NCBI GenBank assembly: GCA_002269645.1
Contig: NIVC01002202.1
Location: 1 to 64,000, forward strand
Length of the DNA stretch: 64,000 nucleotides
Reading direction: 5' to 3'
Source of the DNA: Macrostomum lignano
Lineage: Eukaryota
In this document: in pieces, positions 60,375-64,000 of the stretch
How positions within the stretch are numbered: the stretch's first letter is position 1
Layout: each line of letters starts with the position of its first letter
Translations under genes and position numbers: made by a program
The notes under the pieces: generated by a model
Told to the model about the DNA's origin: nothing
Seen by the model: the letters and a program-made list of their open reading frames with translations, nothing else
Database searches by the model: none

Positions 60375-60658
60375 CCGCCATCTCATAGAATCGCCCCACC
60401 ATCTCAAAGAATCGCCCCCGCCATCTCAAAGAATCGCCCCGCCAACTCAAAGAATCGCCCCGCCATCTCAAAGAATCGCCCCCGCCATCTCAAAGAATCG
60501 CCCCGCCATCTCGAAGAATCGCATCGCCATCTCAAAGAATCGCCCCCGCAAACTCAAAGAATCGCCCCGCCATCTCAAAGAATCGTCCCCGCCATCTCAA
60601 AGAATCGCCCCGCCATCTCAAAGAATCGCCCCCGCCATCTCAAAGAATCGCCCATCTC
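60375..60658. repeat. 21-22 bp satellite AAGAATCGCCCCGCCATCTCA
   Basis: Direct periodicity; shares AGAATCGCCCC with the 56.7-kb array. Confidence 0.93.
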
Positions 60659-61114
60659 AGGGCAAATCGCTATTGAAAGTCACTGGGAAATGAATTCATT
60701 CGCAAAACCTTTGTCGGATAGGAATAAACATTTTTCATCTAACATTCTTTCGACTCACGGAGCTGCCCACAGTCTCACTCAGCTCCTCTCTTCCCCCTGC
60801 TAGTAGCAATTGTGCAGAATAATTTCATCACTGCTTTCATAAGCATAATTTCTGCATAAATTTGTCGCAGAAAAACAACGAAAATCTTATTTTAAAATGC
60901 AGTTATCTTTGTGCTTTCTGTCTCGCTTTTGTGACCCTCGCAATTAGTGGGGCCGCTCAGCCTCCTAGCACCATCATATCATTTACGAGCTATATTCTCT
61001 CGCTTCAATCTGATCTGCTGGTCCTAATTCTGCGGCTGGGTGTTTCACGGGGGAGACACAATACAGAGCACTGAACAAAATTGACACTTTTATTGATTCT
61101 TGCTGCAACTGTTC

Positions 61115-61690
61115 ACCGATACTCATCTTCAGGAATCATTTCTCCATCCTCATTCTCTCGATAATCATCTTCCCAAATCATTTCTCCATCCTCACTCTCT
61201 CGATAATCATCTTCAGGAATCATTTCTCCATCCTCATTCTCTCGATAATCATCTTCCCAAATCATTTCCCCATCCTCACTCTCTCGATAATCATCTTCAT
61301 GAATCATTTCTCCATCCTCACTCTCTCGATAATCATCTTCAGGAATCATTTCCCCATCCTCACTCTCTCGATAATCATCTTCAGGAATCATTTCCCCATC
61401 CTCACTCTCTCGATAATCATCTTCAGGAATCATTTTCCCATCCTCACTCTCTCGATAATCATCTTCAGGAATCATTTTCCCATCCTCACTCTCTCGATAA
61501 TCATCTTCCCGAATCATTTCCCCGTCCTCATTCTCTTGATAATCATCTTCAGGAATCATTTTCCCATCCTCACTCTCTCGACGATCATCTTCCCGAATCA
61601 TTTCCCCATCCTCATTCTCTCAATAATCTTCTTCAGGAATTCATTTCCCCATCCTCATTCTCTTGATAATCATCTTAAGGAATCATTTCC
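61115..61690. repeat. 42-bp minisatellite TCTCGATAATCATCTTCAGGAATCATTTTCCCATCCTCACTC
   Basis: Direct periodicity; 14-aa repeats in the spurious ORFs. Confidence 0.95.
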
Positions 61691-62486
61691 TTCAAATCGC
61701 TAGTGCATTTAGTATGCTCTGTAGAAATCAGATTCTTCTAGCACGGATATTTTCCGACAGATTTGTCTATGGCAATAACCCCATTTTGTGCTGTGCGTTC
61801 TCCGGAGCAATACAGAGAAGCCCCTAAAGACCGAAGCGAAGCATTTCTGTCACTAAAACTGCCTATCAAGAAATCGAAATCGAGGCACCCTGATATTAAC
61901 TGTTGAACACGGGCTGAAGAACATGAATAAGGAAGCACTGGGGGGATTTAGCACGGATTATCCCCCATCCAGCAGCCTGCAGGGCTCTGCATCAATGGCA
62001 TATATTAATGGACGCAGCTGCCAGCCATCAATTGAAGCCCTTGGCCAGTTCATTTTTCCCAGTTAGGAGAAAAAAGATGAGCCAGAGCCCTTAGCGGGTC
62101 TTCGGTCCTCGAAATCTCCCATAGGAACGGACCCGGCGGGCCCATATCTGTTGGCCCTCGTCCCCCGGGTCTCATTAAACTTGGAACACATCCGCCCTTA
62201 TCTGCTGCTCATTTTCTGCTTTTAATCTCATCCCAGCCTCTCTCATCCTGATTTCTGCTTTTTTTCAATTCGACAGCTTTTCCGGTTGACCCAGACAGAC
62301 AAGCCAACTGTACCGGTCTCATATTCAATCGCTGTGCTGCCATGCTGACGAGTTCAACTAACCAATGGGACAGGGTGCCTTAGCCTGATGTGCCAGCGGC
62401 CCAGGCTCGATTCCAAATGCAGTCCACATTAATTTTGGGGCCAAATTGGAATCTCGGCTTGGCTCTGCTCGTGCAATTAGCGCCAT

Positions 62487-62625
62487 TGAAGGCCAACCTC
62501 TAAGGCACAGTGAAGTGTACATGTCTGACGGTTAGACAGTCAGGGCCGCTGTACACCCTGAGTGAGCGTGTGTGTGAGTGCGTGCCTGCATGTGCTCAGG
62601 AGTCAGCGGTGGTTGTGGGACGATG
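62487..62625 (+). mobile_element. Unclassified dispersed repeat, copy 4
   Basis: tgaaggccaacctctaaggcacag...gtcagggccgctgtacaccctgagtgagcgtg...tgcatgtgctcaggagtcagcgg...gttgtgggacgatgtcgc aligns with copies 2 and 3. Confidence 0.7.
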
Positions 62626-63367
62626 TCGCGACCTTTCACAGTCTCAGAGGACAACAAGCGGTTGCATCCTTTACCTCTCATGACTGCGGACTCACCTTGT
62701 TGAAGAAGCAGCGCGTCTCATTCGAGTTGCCATGCAGGCTGGGCTCAGGGGCTTAAAAGACCGAATAGGACGATGAGGAACGGAGAGAGACTGGGGGGCG
62801 AGAATTGATCGCCGCTGCACTACCCCAGGAAGCAGCCGGCAGCTGAAATGATTCAGAAGAAACACGCAGGGCTGCTTAGAAAAGTGGAAAAAGAGGAAAC
62901 ACGGAACACTTTCCCAGCTTCACACCGCTTCATCCATGTGCGTGCGGACCTGGCTGAGTTCAATATGTTGACTGGTGGGGGGGGGGGTAATGCAGTAAAA
63001 GTTTGTAAAGCAAGCCAGACACCGAGTGCTAGATTTTTAATTATAGAAGAATAACAACTTTTTACTTTGCCCTTACCCCCCACCGCGCCGACATCCGGTC
63101 GAGATGGAGGACGGCAGCTGGGCCAAGATTATTCCCGGCTGCGGAACTTTTTCTTCTTCCGCCGAAACAAGTTGAAAGCTGGGAAATTTGAATTGGCTAT
63201 TCCCCCAGGAACCTGGAACCAGGGTCTGGAGAGGATTTAATCCTCATTTTTATGTCGCTTTTCAGTTCCCTCACGACAGTTGTTCTTCCATAAATTTCTA
63301 ATAAATTCTGCTTGGTGAAATCATACTCTTTAAAGTTGGTCTTGACTAAACTTCTGTAGTAAACTTT

Positions 63368-63558
63368 ACATGTAAGTACCATGTAGGTACCATGTAGGTA
63401 CATTTAGGTACCATGTAGGTACCATGTAGGTACCATGTAAGTACCCATGAAGGTACCATGTAAGTACCCATGTAGGTACCATGTATGTACCATGTAGGTA
63501 CCATGTAAGTACCCATGTAGGTACCATGTAGGTACCATGTAGGCACCATGTAGGCACC
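63368..63558. repeat. 11-bp minisatellite CATGTAGGTAC
   Basis: Direct periodicity. Confidence 0.93.
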
Positions 63559-63915
63559 AGTTATCAAGCAGCAGAGCAGCTCAGCGGTTCACCCCCTGGT
63601 TGGATTCCGTGAGCGTGAAGATATGGGAAATTTTACTTTTTTCAACAAAATCAGACCACGAATGTAAAATGTCTCGTTTGAACAGAATACAAGTTATGAC
63701 AATCGATACGAAACCGCAGGTTTTAGAAAATATTCTCGACTTTTACTGACCCAGGCACCCATAAAACTCGTTGATAAAATGCGAAACACGTAAAACTGCA
63801 GGGAGCGAAAGGCCGCCACTTCTATGAAGTTTGGACTTTTATGGCGCTTGGGTTGCGGCTTCGCGGAGGCAGGCGATTCATGAAATTGCAAGCTTTTCAC
63901 CGGGTCAGTTGGTCA

Positions 63916-64000
63916 GGAATAGAATGGATTGCTAGTCTAGCCTACATCAATGATGAAGGAATAGAATGGATTGCTAATCTAGCCTACATCAATGATGAAG
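63916..64000. repeat. Start of a 42-bp tandem repeat GGAATAGAATGGATTGCTAGTCTAGCCTACATCAATGATGAA, truncated by the window end
   Basis: Two near-identical copies up to base 64000. Confidence 0.85.

Overview
Eukaryotic, intron-containing animal DNA: GC-rich exons separated by AT-rich and minisatellite-filled introns and intergenic sequence. The style resembles a free-living flatworm such as Macrostomum, but this is inference only. Five genes could be reconstructed with GT-AG, phase-consistent exons: a divergent bestrophin (-, 4 exons, 600 aa), a secreted C-type lectin (-, first two exons secure), an LRR-Ig single-pass receptor of the IGLR-2/CG16974 type (-, 4 exons, 776 aa), MON1 (+, 4 exons, about 577 aa) and an orphan rhodopsin-like GPCR (-, 2 exons, 410 aa). 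The last two exons of a front-end fatty-acid desaturase are also present (+); the first of them looks broken. Roughly a third of the window is tandem repeat (more than 20 arrays). The largest is an 8.6-kb 23-bp satellite followed by a palindrome-rich spacer and an inverted 0.9-kb arm of the same satellite. Mobile remnants include a deleted mariner with 195-bp TIRs, two tRNA-derived SINEs, two LINE 3' fragments, degenerate MITEs and a four-copy unclassified dispersed element. No CRISPR array, rRNA or convincing tRNA gene was found. The most interesting leads are: (1) a bestrophin with a charge-remodelled Ca2+ clasp and a second clasp-like GDDDFE motif at its C-terminus; (2) an apolipoprotein-like 11/22-residue repeat in the receptor tail; (3) the foldback-like satellite architecture; (4) different satellites sharing core motifs (GTCACT; GAATC-CCCCATC-GATAAT), including a phased array of about 32 AP-1 sites upstream of the GPCR.
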